A stretch of DNA of 64,000 bases, taken from positions 1-64,000 of the forward strand of contig JAQGDQ010000392.1 in the NCBI GenBank assembly GCA_030141605.1. The letters are read 5' to 3'. Position 1 is the stretch's first letter. Each line of letters begins with the position of its first letter. Positions 27,701-48,466 of the stretch are shown piece by piece. The position numbers and the translations under genes are program-made. The notes beneath the pieces are model-generated. The model saw only the letters and a list, made by a program, of their open reading frames with translations. It searched no databases and was not told where the DNA came from. This DNA comes from Tubiluchus corallicola (taxonomy: Eukaryota > Animalia > Priapulida).

Positions 27701-30700
27701 ATTTTATGCAAATTAATGAACCAGCATTCAAGGTTAGGGGACTTTCTTGTTCCATAGGTCAGAGATTTAATTCCTAAATTTGACATCAGGACTAGACTAT
27801 CTTTGGAGGAGTCTAGCATATACTAACTGCAGTGATTACAGTGTAGGAAACTACGCTTCTTTCAAATTGTTTTATCAGTGGCTTTCATGCAAGTCATTTT
27901 TAGGTTGAAAACTAGTATTTCCATCGGGTACTCGGGTACTTACCTGCATTGTTTACTACCCGAGCCTGATATTTCTATCCGGCTCCGACAATGAAAATGC
28001 AGACAATATTATTAATAGGCTATCAATTGTTTAAAAATTCATTTAAAATTTGAATGCTGCTTTCTGCAACAAAGTTGTACTGTACAATAGATACCTACTA
28101 GCAGACTATTAACAGTTGAGCTGGTACACTGCCAACCCGTACTCAAACACACTAGATTTGGTCTTTAGTGAATTATTATTTGAAATACTGTGTATAGTAG
28201 CATTTTTCAGCATTAGCAAGCCAACAGCGATTATATCTCTATCAGTTGCAAGCGCATGAAAGATCAAACCATTTTTGCTGAAGGGGTGACCTACGAAACT
28301 TTACTGACAACAAACTGCAATTTCTTTACAAAAAAGGTTAATTATCCAAACAAAATGGTTTATTACCATTTAAAAAGCTTCTAACCACTAACAATGATGC
28401 CAACAAATGGATTGTTAAGTTTAATGACACGCAAAAACCACAGTAGATTATTGTAAACCCTATGCTGTAGCTGATTCACTCATAAGGTGTGAAATACAAG
28501 TAATTAAGAAGTCTGTGCAAAACACTAACATGTGACTCACAGCTCGTGTTCAGAGCCTAAGCCTGTGATAACTGAATGTTTATTGCTAAGATAACACTGT
28601 TATTTAAAATGCACCAGTGGTTGTTTTTATTTGTGAACATAAATGATTACAATTTATTCACTGCCACTGGATCTTAACAATCGGGTACCAGGGCACCCGA
28701 CGGGTATAAGGAAAACTGTACCCAAGTCTGATTTTTACTACTCATGTTAGCATTATTGAAAACCAAGTGAGTGTCTTTCACTATAGCACTTTCACATCTC
28801 TACTTCGAGTTGTTTATTTTGTACAGGCTGCTGTTTACTGTGTTAAATTTTCACCTTATGTGCCAAATGTTTTCCTCAGCTGTGGTGCAGACTGGACTGT
28901 CAGACTGTGGATGATGGAGCGTTACACACCAGTTATGGTTTTTCAATCATTAGCAGTGAGTGCATTTAACAAATTAAAATAATGCTTAAAAAAACTGATG
29001 AACAAAAGAATTTTTATCGCACATGAAAACATTGGACATGCTTACTGATGCAAATGCATGCGTGAGTCAGTACTAGTCAGTATCAATTTTACCAGATATC
29101 TTAATCATATTTTAGTGATGTAGCGAATCTGAAATTACAGAATCTGGATCAAATCTGAATGTTAGTTTAAAATAGTTTTTGAAACGGAATGCGTGTGCAG
29201 CAGTGTGCTAAAGGGATAGCATTATGTTAGCATTTTTGTTGAAACTGGCAATTAAAATCATAATGTGGTGCACACTTTTGTGTAGGATTTCATGTTTCCA
29301 AAACACATTGAAACTGGACATTTGCATATTTCAGGTAGGAGGAAATTATCAAAAAAGGCAGCTAATTAAGTAAATTTATTATTTAAAGGTAATTAAAAAG
29401 AATGTATAATTGCTTTTGCAGTAAAATAATAAAGAGCTACCGATTTGAAGCCAAAGCCAAGCCGAATTTTCTTAAAAATTTCTGCGGAATTGGATCGAAT
29501 CTAAAATAACGTAAAATTTCAGCGAATCGAATCAAATCAAAACTGTGATTCAGATTCGGTTTTGATTAAAGCTTCAGTTCTGATGGAGCTTCCTGATAAC
29601 CATATCACAGTTGCAAGCCTGCTATGTTTTTCAAGCCTAGCTGCGACGTCATTACGGTCAAGGTCGAGAATCTCTCTCTCATTGTTACACAAAATTGATT
29701 TTAGCAGTGCAGGTTGTTTGAATCTTTGTAGTTATATGTCTATCTTTGTAGTTATATTAATCTACTGTTTATGACATGCATATTACTATGGCCGTTGTTT
29801 TTGCATATTGTAGGAAGCCATTTATTCTGTTAGCTGGTCGCCTTGGTCATCGACGGTATTTGCTTGTGTAAGTGCTGGAGCTGTAGAAGTTTGGGATCTA
29901 TCTTCCAGCACGTAAGTTCCTTTTTGAACTGGGATAAGTCATTGTGACATGTAAACTTTGTAATTACAATTACTTGCTGGCTCAAATTCTGTATGTTTAC
30001 CTGTTCTGAGATAAGATAAACAAAACATAGTAACATAATTATTTTAGCAGTTAGCTGTATGATCAATCAGTCTTCATACTTCAGTCTTGGAGCATCTTAT
30101 CAGTGCATTATCGATAAAATGTTTTCATTTTCAGTCTAAATATCATGTTTTCACATTTAGGTTGGACCCATTAATTGTACATGCATCAATTATTATGGAT
30201 GTGGAACTGACTACAGTGTCTTTTCCTGCAAATTCAAAGGTATTCCATTTTCCGAACACTTTGGAAGTTCTACCACTTCTCATAATGTGAAAAATGATTT
30301 GAAATATTTTCAGACTGATCACCACATTTTAATCGCTATTCCTTTGCACATTTTTAAACAATAAAGTTTTTTCACTTCCATAAATTTAAAATGTTCAAAA
30401 TGATGATGATTATAGAGATGATGCAAATCATATGCAATTTAAACTACGTACAAGCCAGGCCCTGACCTGTATTCCAGAAAAGGTTAAGAAATGACCTAAA
30501 CATTTCTGCATGTCTTTGAATTATGCACAGTTGCTAAAAAATTGTATTTTCATATGAAACCTTATAAGTGTGGTTAACTGCAAAGTTGTCCAAGTTTACC
30601 AAAGGTCTCAGTTCAAAGGTCGCACAATATTGTCGTATTGTTGCTGCATTAATGTAATGATTAAGTGAAGTTAAACCATACTGTCTGTGTTGAAGCAAAA

Positions 30701-31863
30701 ATGGTTGTTCTTAGGGCGTCAGATTTCGTATCCGTTTTGCACTTAATCAGGCTTAAGATGACTTGACACCTATCTCTCCATAATAAATTTTACATGACCT
30801 CGCAAAATTTTCTTGTTTATTTCCTGGAATACCAGCTCAAAAAATTTTGTAAAGGTTTGCGATTACTTGATACCATATGAAAAATTGGAGTGCATGAAGT
30901 TTCAAGCCCTCATACCTGTCAATCATTACGGGTTGTAGCTGAGGTTGCACTGCTGTTGCAACTACCTGGCTGTGGCTACACTTTTTTTACACTTTTGATG
31001 TATGTTGTAAATGCTTATGTGGAATATGTGGAATTAATGAACAATTAGGTGGACTAATCCCTTAGTTACAGACTTCTGTTTCCATTATTCTTTGTTAAAG
31101 CAAAACTGGATCCAATCTTAAATGAAAGCTCCAAAAAACTACCCTGTAAAATATTTAAAAAGAACGTACCGTTTTTCAAGAATGATTTACGTGAAAGAAT
31201 TATTACCAACGAATGATAATTTTGCATTCGCGTGACTAGTTCTTCGCTGTTATACACATTTCACCATTCACTAATTAGATGGGCACTAGCCACTGCATTT
31301 CAAAAAACAGGTGCTGTACTTCTCAGTTCAGAGATGTTGAAGAGCTCATGTGTGAGTACAACTGTAAACTTGAAATTTGAATTTTAAACTTAAAATTTGC
31401 CCAGTTTTTGCACGTCATACTGAATATTGTACAGCAGCACTGTACTTCAATTTTCACTTTTGCAAACATATGCAACGCACTCATGGTATGCTCGTGCTTT
31501 TGAAGATTATATTCAGTTGTAATGTCATCATTGATTGGGCTCGTCTGCTATTTTTTAAATAGTTAGCCTATTACTTAATTATAAGAAACACTTTGGCATT
31601 ACTACAGATGTTAAAATGTATATTTTTACCGTACTACAAAGCGGGGTGGGATATGAAAAATCATCCTGTTTTCCTATAAACTTTTTTTATTTTTCCAGTG
31701 CATGTTAGTTGGAGATGACAATGGTCACATAACTGTGTACGAGTTAAAGAACGTTTTTAAACCTAAGTCTCCTAGTGAAGAAGTATCAAAACTTAACCAT
31801 GTTATCCAGTCAACGTTGTCAAGCGAGTTGATGCTATCACAGAGAAAAACACAGGGAAAGTGA
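10125..31863 (+). CDS. DNAI4: Dynein axonemal intermediate chain 4 (WDR78/IC138-like WD40 protein), 20 coding exons, ~821 aa
   Basis: Phase-consistent exons: 10125-10189, 13506-13698, 13912-14025, 15117-15178, 16479-16594, 16708-16892, 17302-17479, 19212-19340, 21063-21163, 21544-21646, 22993-23135, 24292-24456, 25115-25188, 25771-25922, 27135-27261, 27598-27685, 28827-28955, 29814-29911, 30161-30239, 31699-31863 (2466 nt including stop). Motifs VVDEDGYDVTPLPL, LSETETFWHLDLP, GNDRYVERE, LFVMERIV, DLLAVSYG..GLVCCWTVKNPQYPE, YLVGTDEGFVHKCSCSYNEQYLETYKGH, FLSCGADWTVRLW, LVGDDNG. The N-terminal two exons are less certain. Confidence 0.9.
10690..11850 (-). mobile_element. Degenerate LINE (CR1/L2/Jockey-like) 3' fragment in DNAI4 intron 1
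   Basis: Minus strand reads WDNHINKCIVKANNKISIIHKC...LFKRTVR*PLEYASLAWNP, the post-RT signature (W..HI....KA...R...RP.LEY...W.P), with stops. A KLEAVQER fragment lies near 10480-10505. Confidence 0.6.
15558..15852. mobile_element. hAT-type MITE (~295 bp) with internal (CT)n
   Basis: TIRs CAGGGCCGGCCTTA ... TAAGGCCGGCCCTG. Flanking direct repeat TGCAGGC(C) at 15551 and 15853. Confidence 0.85.
17970..18260 (-). mobile_element. Possible LINE APE-endonuclease remnant
   Basis: RLDLLLAD...SNHSVIPF resembles the (R/L)D.IL...SDH..I C-terminal APE motif. Short and degenerate. Confidence 0.35.
25411..25590 (+). mobile_element. SINE remnant with tRNA-like A-box head followed by a 5S rRNA-like segment
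   Basis: TAGCTGAGTGG (A-box) then AAGTTAAGCA..CTTGGCCAAGAACTGGATGAGTGACTGTCGGGAA, resembling the 5S internal control region. Confidence 0.5.
26435..27001. mobile_element. Non-autonomous DNA element, copy 1 (T2/Kolobok-like AAAGG...CCTTTAA ends)
   Basis: Collinear over ~500 bp with 31155-31679, e.g. TAGTTCTTCGCTGTTA, GGGCACTAGC, GCACTGTACTTCAATTTTCACT, ATATGAAAAA. Imperfect terminal inverted repeats. Confidence 0.65.
31155..31679. mobile_element. Non-autonomous DNA element, copy 2
   Basis: Diverged direct copy of 26435-27001; ends immediately before the polypyrimidine tract of the last DNAI4 exon. Confidence 0.65.
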
Positions 31864-32395
31864 TTCCTGTCAGCTCATAGCCATAAATTACACTCATTTA
31901 ATCAGGGTGAGTGTTGATAGCATAAGGAATCAGTGCACCAGATCTTTCTTTTACTATTGCTAGCGAAAAATATGTTTAGAAAGTATTGTCATTAAGGAAA
32001 ATGTGTCAGCCTCATTGTTAATTACTATCCGTTTCAGCACGAGATCTGGTTTCAAAAATTTTTGCTTACGATAGCCCCATTCCTAGTTTCATTATAACCA
32101 TAACAGTAATACCAGGAATACTATTTCCATAAACATGTTACTGTATGTGTGCTTGAACAATATTTCACTGTTATCTAGGTGATTTTGTAAAAAGAATCTT
32201 TCTTAAGTACCATGGCAGGGAGTTGACAGCATTTATTTACTATATGTAGGAAATATGAATAAATTTGGGCACTAAGAAAAGTTAAGCTGTATGTCACAGT
32301 TTGACTTTTATGTGGTTAGCTTATGGAATTATAAAGGAATGCATGCAATGGCTTTTGAAATCCAGGTACAGTCAAAATACAGTCATGATTGGCGA

Positions 32396-32580
32396 CCGTA
32401 ATTAAGGACGGTGCCGAGTCTGGTCAGTTAATGGATGGGTGAACCTATTCGATACTAGCTGTGTGCAGATTCATTTGCCATAATGATTCTGGCTGTTTGC
32501 CTCATAGAAAGAGAATTGTGCGACTGTGACACTTCTTCTTTTCAGTGCCTCATCTGAATAGAGACATGGCATTCCAGTCC
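32396..32580 (+). mobile_element. 5S rRNA-like SINE remnant
   Basis: AATTAAGGACGGTGCCGAGTCTGGTCAGTTAATGGATGGGTGAACC resembles the 3' half of 5S. Downstream GCCTCATCTGAATAGAGACA is shared with ~25550 (+) and ~22541-22564 (-). Confidence 0.45.
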
Positions 32581-33950
32581 TGTTACACCTATCCGTTTGA
32601 ATAGGCTGTGCCGTTGAAAGTTAGATTCCAGTTTGCAGTGTGTTAAATTGTATAAAAAATAAAAGCCATAACCGCTATCACTGAGTGTTTGTTACAATGG
32701 CACAATTGTACAATTTGTAGTACATTAGCAAAACAAAAGTAATGCTATGCACTCTCTTTCAAAGATTTCTTTGCAGCAATGTTGTAATAACCACGCTGTT
32801 TTGAAAGCTGGAGCAAAAACAACTTCACAACCAACTGCTATTTGTAAGCTAGAAACTGACAGTCTGTCACCAGCCTAAAACCTAGAAACAAACAGTCTGT
32901 CTCCTATTTAAGCTCAAATTAATGATTATTTAAGCTATTATATTTATCTGTGTGTATAACTATATAGTTATATGTAGCTAAAGAAGTTGTTTTGTCATCT
33001 GCGATACGATTTTAAATTGTATTTTTAAGCCTATTTATTGAGTAAATTACGAGTCTTATTTAACTGAAAATGAATGTAATAATTCTGTACTATTTGTCTG
33101 GATATTTTTCTCCTATAAATTGGATGTTTTTACATTCAAAGAATTGTTACAATTACTTTAATTTGCTGTATTTATAGCATAGATTAATAAAGAATTGTTA
33201 TACTAATACACTTTTTGTTTCACAAATGTCAGCTACTATGCTGGTTTTTAAGAATGAAACCATGAAGCTAGAATTATTTAAAAAACAAGTACATTTATTA
33301 AGAGTTCACATACACAAGTGTTACAACAGCAATTAAAAATGACTATAATAAAAATGGTAAAAAATGATTTGGAACTTACCTTTACTGCCTATAAGTGCAG
33401 TTTTAAACCAAAACCAAATTGCAATGGAGTTAAACTTACTTCACCTGTTGTCACGCACACACAAAATCAACAGTGTCAAGTTTATATTATATAATACAGT
33501 CGTGAGCAAGTAATTATCAAAATAATATTTAAAATAAACACTACAATATTTATAATATGAACAATTTATGTACATTATGCAAAAATAAATTCTACATATA
33601 ACTAAATAAAATAACATTTCTTTTTGCATCTTAAATTATGTCCAATAATAGTCCATTTTCTTCTAAGTGTTAATAATTGTATAACTTACATTTACGAAGT
33701 CGTTTGTAGTGTAAAGACCTGCTGATATGTCAAGCTTGTAAGTTGTCAAAAACTTGTAATTTTCGCGCGTTCAATAACGTGTCCAAACGTTTCATGTTCA
33801 ATAAATACGACTGTCTCAGTGGCACATAATGTACACACATACATAATGTATACATACGTTAATATTATTGTACCTGTAATACTGGTACCTGCTGGAAGTC
33901 AAATATACACCTAGCTAAACCACAGGTGAATAGTGAGTTATTAAAATGGT

Positions 33951-34025
33951 TATCACAGTTTAATAAACGGTATTACAGAAGAGGTGCCGGGCTTGCCATC
34001 CTCTCCAATTCCGTAAATATCACAG
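33951..34025 (-). promoter_or_regulatory. Two K-box (CTGTGATA, miR-2 family seed) sites in the predicted 3'UTR
   Basis: Plus-strand TATCACAG at 33951-33958 and 34018-34025, within 180 nt of the stop codon. Confidence 0.5.
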
Positions 34026-34125
34026 TTGCAGCTGCAAACTCTATAATCTCCATCAAGAGTTGTCTACTTGTGTAAGAGTCCGTATTTGAGTGCGAACTAA
34101 ATGCACAGAACATTACTCTTTTTGA

Positions 34126-35553
34126 TTATGAATGGTTGTTGAGTATTTGTTCCTCAACTGGACACAGTGGTGATAGTATTGAAGAATCTATGAACTCTGA
34201 GAATTCATGCAGATCCACACTGCTCCAAGACATGGAGGCAAAATCACAGGAATCTACAAAAAAATTTGGAAAATCAATTATCAATGTAAAAAAATCTATG
34301 GCTATTATTATTAAGTTAATTTAACTTTAGCATGTTTTCATTACGAATTTTGTGATAATAAACATAATGTGTATTCAATAATTTAGATACGCATCCCACA
34401 AAATCCATATGTATGTAATGCTCGTCTAACAGGGAGTTTATTTTGCACATTCCTTTATGTAAAGCAGGACTGAGTAAGTGTTTGTGGTGTGAGAAAATTT
34501 AGACATCGTTTCACACATGCCAGTTTTCTTTTCCATACTGAACGTAAAATTTAGAATCCTAGAAAAAGTTTAATTTTTTACATTGCACGTGTATATTTTT
34601 AAACTTACGGCATAAATTAATTTTCTAAAATATATTTTCGTCATTTCAAGTCAAAGGGCAGTTCAAATTAATAGCTCTAAATATATAAGGTGTTCAGATA
34701 AATGGTGAAGTGTCTCCGAAGTTATTTACGGCTTTTCACTGTCATTCAAATATTTTTGTGATCTAAACTAATACATATATACCGGCCTATAGAGTTTTGA
34801 AAAATTAGTAACGAAATTGCATAAATCCACGTAACGGCTTTTGAGGGTAAAAAAGTGCTTAGGCCTACCCACCTTTCATGATGGCATATAATATAAAACA
34901 GCATGATGTTTAAAATATTAAAATCCAGTTTTTATAACTTTCAAACCTCTTTACATCCTCATAAAATGTTAAAGAATAAAAAACCCTCATTTTTTCCTAC
35001 AATGTAGTACGTTTTGCTACAAGATATTAGAAAATGTCACTCTTTTATTACAAAAAATGCCGCCAATTAAAACAATTCTTTGCTTACCAATCAAGCTCTG
35101 TAATCCACTATCACACACGGGTGGATTACTGTCCTTCTGGTCAGTCACACCTGACTGTAAAGTCCAAATATCATCATCTCGTAACTCAGCCATATTTATG
35201 TTGTCGCAGTGAAGCCGGTCGTCCCAGCCGAGGTTCAGCGTCCATCCTGAATCAATAGCATTGTCGACGTCTCTGTTCAAGGGCACGTCTTCGGCACTCA
35301 GGTCCACTGGGGTACAATACAAAAGATCGTCCCAGTCGTTAAAGGTAATCCAGCAATCTTCCTCTTCGAGTTCCGCTTCTCCAGCCCTAAAAGTCTCCTT
35401 TTCTTCTTCTTGGTGTGCGAGCACCAACGTCCTTTCTGGATACTTCCCTGTCAATCGGGAAAGGTAGTCTGGTAATGCATACTCTATACTGCAATCAACG
35501 TACAGCGGAGTGTAACAAGCTGTACTAGAAGCCAAGCTTCTGAAATCGTTCAT
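34126..35553 (-). CDS. Uncharacterised acidic protein, 2 coding exons, ~197 aa
   Basis: Exon1 35553-35088 (ATG, ends G|GTAAGC). Exon2 34253-34126 follows TTTGTAG, phase 1 joins (G+AT=Asp) and ends TAA. GC-richer than the flanks; TATA box upstream. No family recognised. Confidence 0.75.
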
Positions 35554-35715
35554 AGCAAACACAATGATAACCTAATGTTCTTATCTATCCTTTACACCTT
35601 TTCCGCTTAAAATACTTCTGCAATTCGTCAAGATTTCGCAAATGTATAATACTTTTTCCTCTTTACTATATAATAGAACACTGCAAGATTCAGACAGGGT
35701 TTCTAAAAAACTGCG

Positions 35716-35723
35716 TTTATATA
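35716..35723 (-). promoter_or_regulatory. TATA box (TATATAAA) of the uncharacterised gene
   Basis: About 165 nt upstream of the ATG at 35553, in the correct orientation. Confidence 0.45.
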
Positions 35724-38700
35724 ACCACATTAGGAGGTAATTGCGCCTATCAACAACGTAATTACACGCTAGGTAGGTATAAGTTGCTGTGTATCCTTAT
35801 TGTTTATACTGTACAGTATATCAATCCTACAGATACAGAATGAATATGCAGGGGATTGGAGTAACGTTTTATTTAATTTTAAATTAAATGAAATGAGAAA
35901 AATAATTTAGCATTACATAATTTGGATATGAGCGGTATACTTGTAACTTAAGCGTATTTCTTCATCTGTGAAGAAAATAGACGATATGTTTTGTCAACCC
36001 CTGCCCTCATTCTCTACCTCCTAAGAGAAGAGTAAATGTCTAGACCGTTCGTTTCCGAAGCCACAGTACACAAACACTCATGTACACTAGTAACAACAAA
36101 AAACGTTTAATTCAGTTTTGTTTTGAGCTTACAGATAATTGGAACCTTATATTTTTGTATGTATTGCTTTTATACGCTTACGTATTAACTGTGACGTACT
36201 ACAATGATGAAAAAACTGCCCTCCATTCAAAAGCGGGACTTGTACAGTTGTACTTGCTATTTTTGATTTCATCTTACATGTGATTAAATCTTAAATGTGT
36301 AGTCTACAATATACACACATCGTAATTTATGTAGGTGTCATTTAACACATCCGCGGTTCCAGAAACACTGGTTATGAAAAAAACTAGCAGGAAATCACAT
36401 CACCTGGCTTCTTTTTATTATATTAGTTTCCTTTACCTGGCAAAACGTAAAACAAACTAGAAACTTTTCCCCCCAAAGGAAAAACATATAGTCTCGGCAG
36501 CTGAACCTTTAGCACTGTTTTTCAAAAATAGTTTTGTGTTATTTTTCTTTTAAATTCTCTTGTTGGGTGAATACCGTAATTTGCAACATGTTTATTTCGA
36601 TATAAACCGATGGGCACACGTTACCGTTCTCCAGACGGAAATAACAATGACAAATCAACTTCTAGAAGCGGGGAAGCTGCCGGTGACGCATGTTAGTAAC
36701 TGTAAATTACAAGTCAGGAAAAATAGAAGATTGGCAAAACAATGAAAACATAGCGTTTCGATCAACACTGCTTAAGGTAATCATGTTTTTCCATTCCTTA
36801 TTTCGATATGCAGCGCAGCACGATTCATTAAACCTAATGGTCATTCCACCCCCCCTCCCCACACACAAAAATAAAAAACACAAGACCTTTTTTAAAGAGT
36901 GCAAGAGTAAAAGACCTTACATCACTGATCACGGTAACTTCTTCTTTGCCTTTGAAGAAAAAATAACTTGGCTAACAGATCGCGTTTTCCTGTAATTTTT
37001 TGTCACGCCTAGTTCAAGGCATTCCTGCGTCGAAGTGTCTGTGCTGTTACCGGTTTGACAACAAGGGCGTCATTTTCTTTAATTATTATAATCAGAAGTT
37101 GACCAGCCCCAGGGCCGGTCAAACAGAAATGGACACTGGACCGTCATGTTAGTAATACTCCGTAATTACCAGGTTGGTAGGCTGTCTACCGGACTAGAAT
37201 CAGCCGTAAGTTTGACAGGATCTAGTTACTTCTTAATGAACAGGCTTATGTGTAATTAAATTATACACTATTCCAAATTATAGTTAGTTAGTACAGAAAA
37301 TTTTTCTCCAAAATGCTTTTAGAGTTTCATGTGGACTTTAGGAACCAAGCCATAGAAAGCATAAAAATAGACGATAGACTTACTTTTAAGCGCCAAGGCA
37401 CGAGCAGTTGCTCACTATGAAAAAGCGCGGCAACCACTCTATGCTAGCGCACCACAAATAGATACGACAACGGCTGGTTTATAGAAGCTAATAGTCCAAC
37501 TGCAGATTATCCTTGATAATGAGTTAGGAGTTTTTGCCAACCACTTGTCTTGAATGACATAGTGGTTACTTACCAATAAAAAGTAATTTCGTTGGTTTAG
37601 TTTAGTCTCATAGTTGTATTTTTATGAGTAATCGCTACCATTACTAAACTCTCGCTTTAGTAATATTAAGCAGTAGTGTTACCAAATACGTTTATATAAC
37701 TTTTAAAGCAAACAACTGAAACAAAGTGCTTTTCATAACTCTCTGCAAGCCAATCTGACATGATGGCATTGAAGCGAATTTTGGCTAGTTTATACTGGCT
37801 TAACCACTCTGAGATAGTGAAGTATCGGAACGCTTGTTGTCAACGCCAATGTTTCTTGTTGCAAAGAAAAATCATTCATGGTGATGACAGCCAGACCGTG
37901 AACTCCTGGCAGTCCAGCAGACTTTATAAAAAATTACTGTAAAATGGGCTTAAAATGCGTCACTAAAGCAATCCGCAGGCACTGTTCTGTGGACTTTTTA
38001 TTGGCAAAGTACACATAGCTCCCTTCCCACTACTTGTATTTTCTTTCTCTCTCATTACCTTCCCATCTCTCTTTGCGTCTTTCTTTCTCTCTATCACTTC
38101 TTTCTTCCTTCTTTTAATCGTTTGTTTTTTTAATCATTTTCTCGCTGTTCGTTCTCTATTTTTTGCTTTCTTCTATTCTTACTCTTTCTAACTTTCGTCT
38201 GCCAGTTAATAAATAAACCAAAGAAAAAGCAAGTTATTACACCAGACTCATATAACTAGCCACACCTAGAACATGGACAGAAACAATTGTTTATTGATCC
38301 GGGAATAATTAAATAATAATATACGATTTATTTCGAATCATTGTAAATACAATACATTCATTCGACTAGCTGTGTAAATAAATAAATACATAAACAATGT
38401 CGGTTAGTAGTTAAAAAAATTCATAAATTAACACAAATAAAATTTGTCACTAACTGACATACATGTACGATATTGAGTTTGATTTTACATCACAGAATCA
38501 ACAAATTATTCGCAACATAAATATTGTAGAATGTCATGCATTTGCAGATTGTCTAAGGAAAAGTCGCTTCCGGCTATGTCATTTAAAACAACTTTAACAA
38601 ATGAAAGAGTGAGGCTTTGAGCCCGCGTAAGTTCTCTAGCTTTCTTAAATAGAAATCTTTTAATTTTTAAATAATCACATTTGTCGTAATTATCATTATA

Positions 38701-38794
38701 GTTACATTTAATAAATTGCAGATTGTAACCCAATGTTGACTGCACAAAGTATTCCGCATTTCTCACAAAAAAGTTCACTGCGTATTACTGCTGT

Positions 38795-38796
<2 letters not shown>

Positions 38797-38861
<65 letters not shown>

Positions 38862-38878
38862 TAATAATAATAATAATT
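38797..38878. repeat. (AAT)n microsatellite
   Basis: Directly visible. Confidence 0.95.
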
Positions 38879-39597
38879 AACGAAAAGAATAGAAACAAAA
38901 ATTGACAAATAAAGATAGAACGTGTTTACAACTATTTACAATAATTAAAAATTATGATTCGTTTAGTTAATGTGGGTGTGGATATCGGAATTCTGAATTG
39001 GTGTGTATGTTGTCATACTGGTGTGATGGTGTTTCATATTTGGTTAATATTAATGATTTCAATTTTACTTTAAATGCTGATAGAGACCGTTTAGCCTACA
39101 ATGTAGACAATTCCAAAGCAGAACTGCTTGCTTGATTATACAGTTGGTTCTATAGTGGGTATTTGTCCTAATTTGTTTTAGATTACTCATTCTGGAATTG
39201 ACGATAGGGTTTGGAAGGAAGCTAAATTTGTTATTTTGAAATGGGTTGCTAACGTTGTTAATATATTTATATTTAGCATAATTAATATAGACTGTATATA
39301 GAAGTGGATAGAGATATGGATCTGCGTAAAATAACGTCGAACCACCCATGTTGGAAGTAACTGGAATGCGGTCATTGACGTCATCATGATTTAGTGTGTC
39401 CTGAATGGAACAGGCCTAAATGTCGTTCCGCTTTACAGCTACCTGCGTCACTGAATGTGTGACATTTGCCTAGAGGAAAACCCAGGTAGAATCATTAGAG
39501 AAACTCTGCTACAAAATTCTTTTCCTGGCCAACGCCCAGTCCTTAGCTGTCTGTCTGCTTGTCTGCTGTGTTTCTCTGCGAGGCGTCAACTGTCACC

Positions 39598-48466
<8,869 letters not shown>

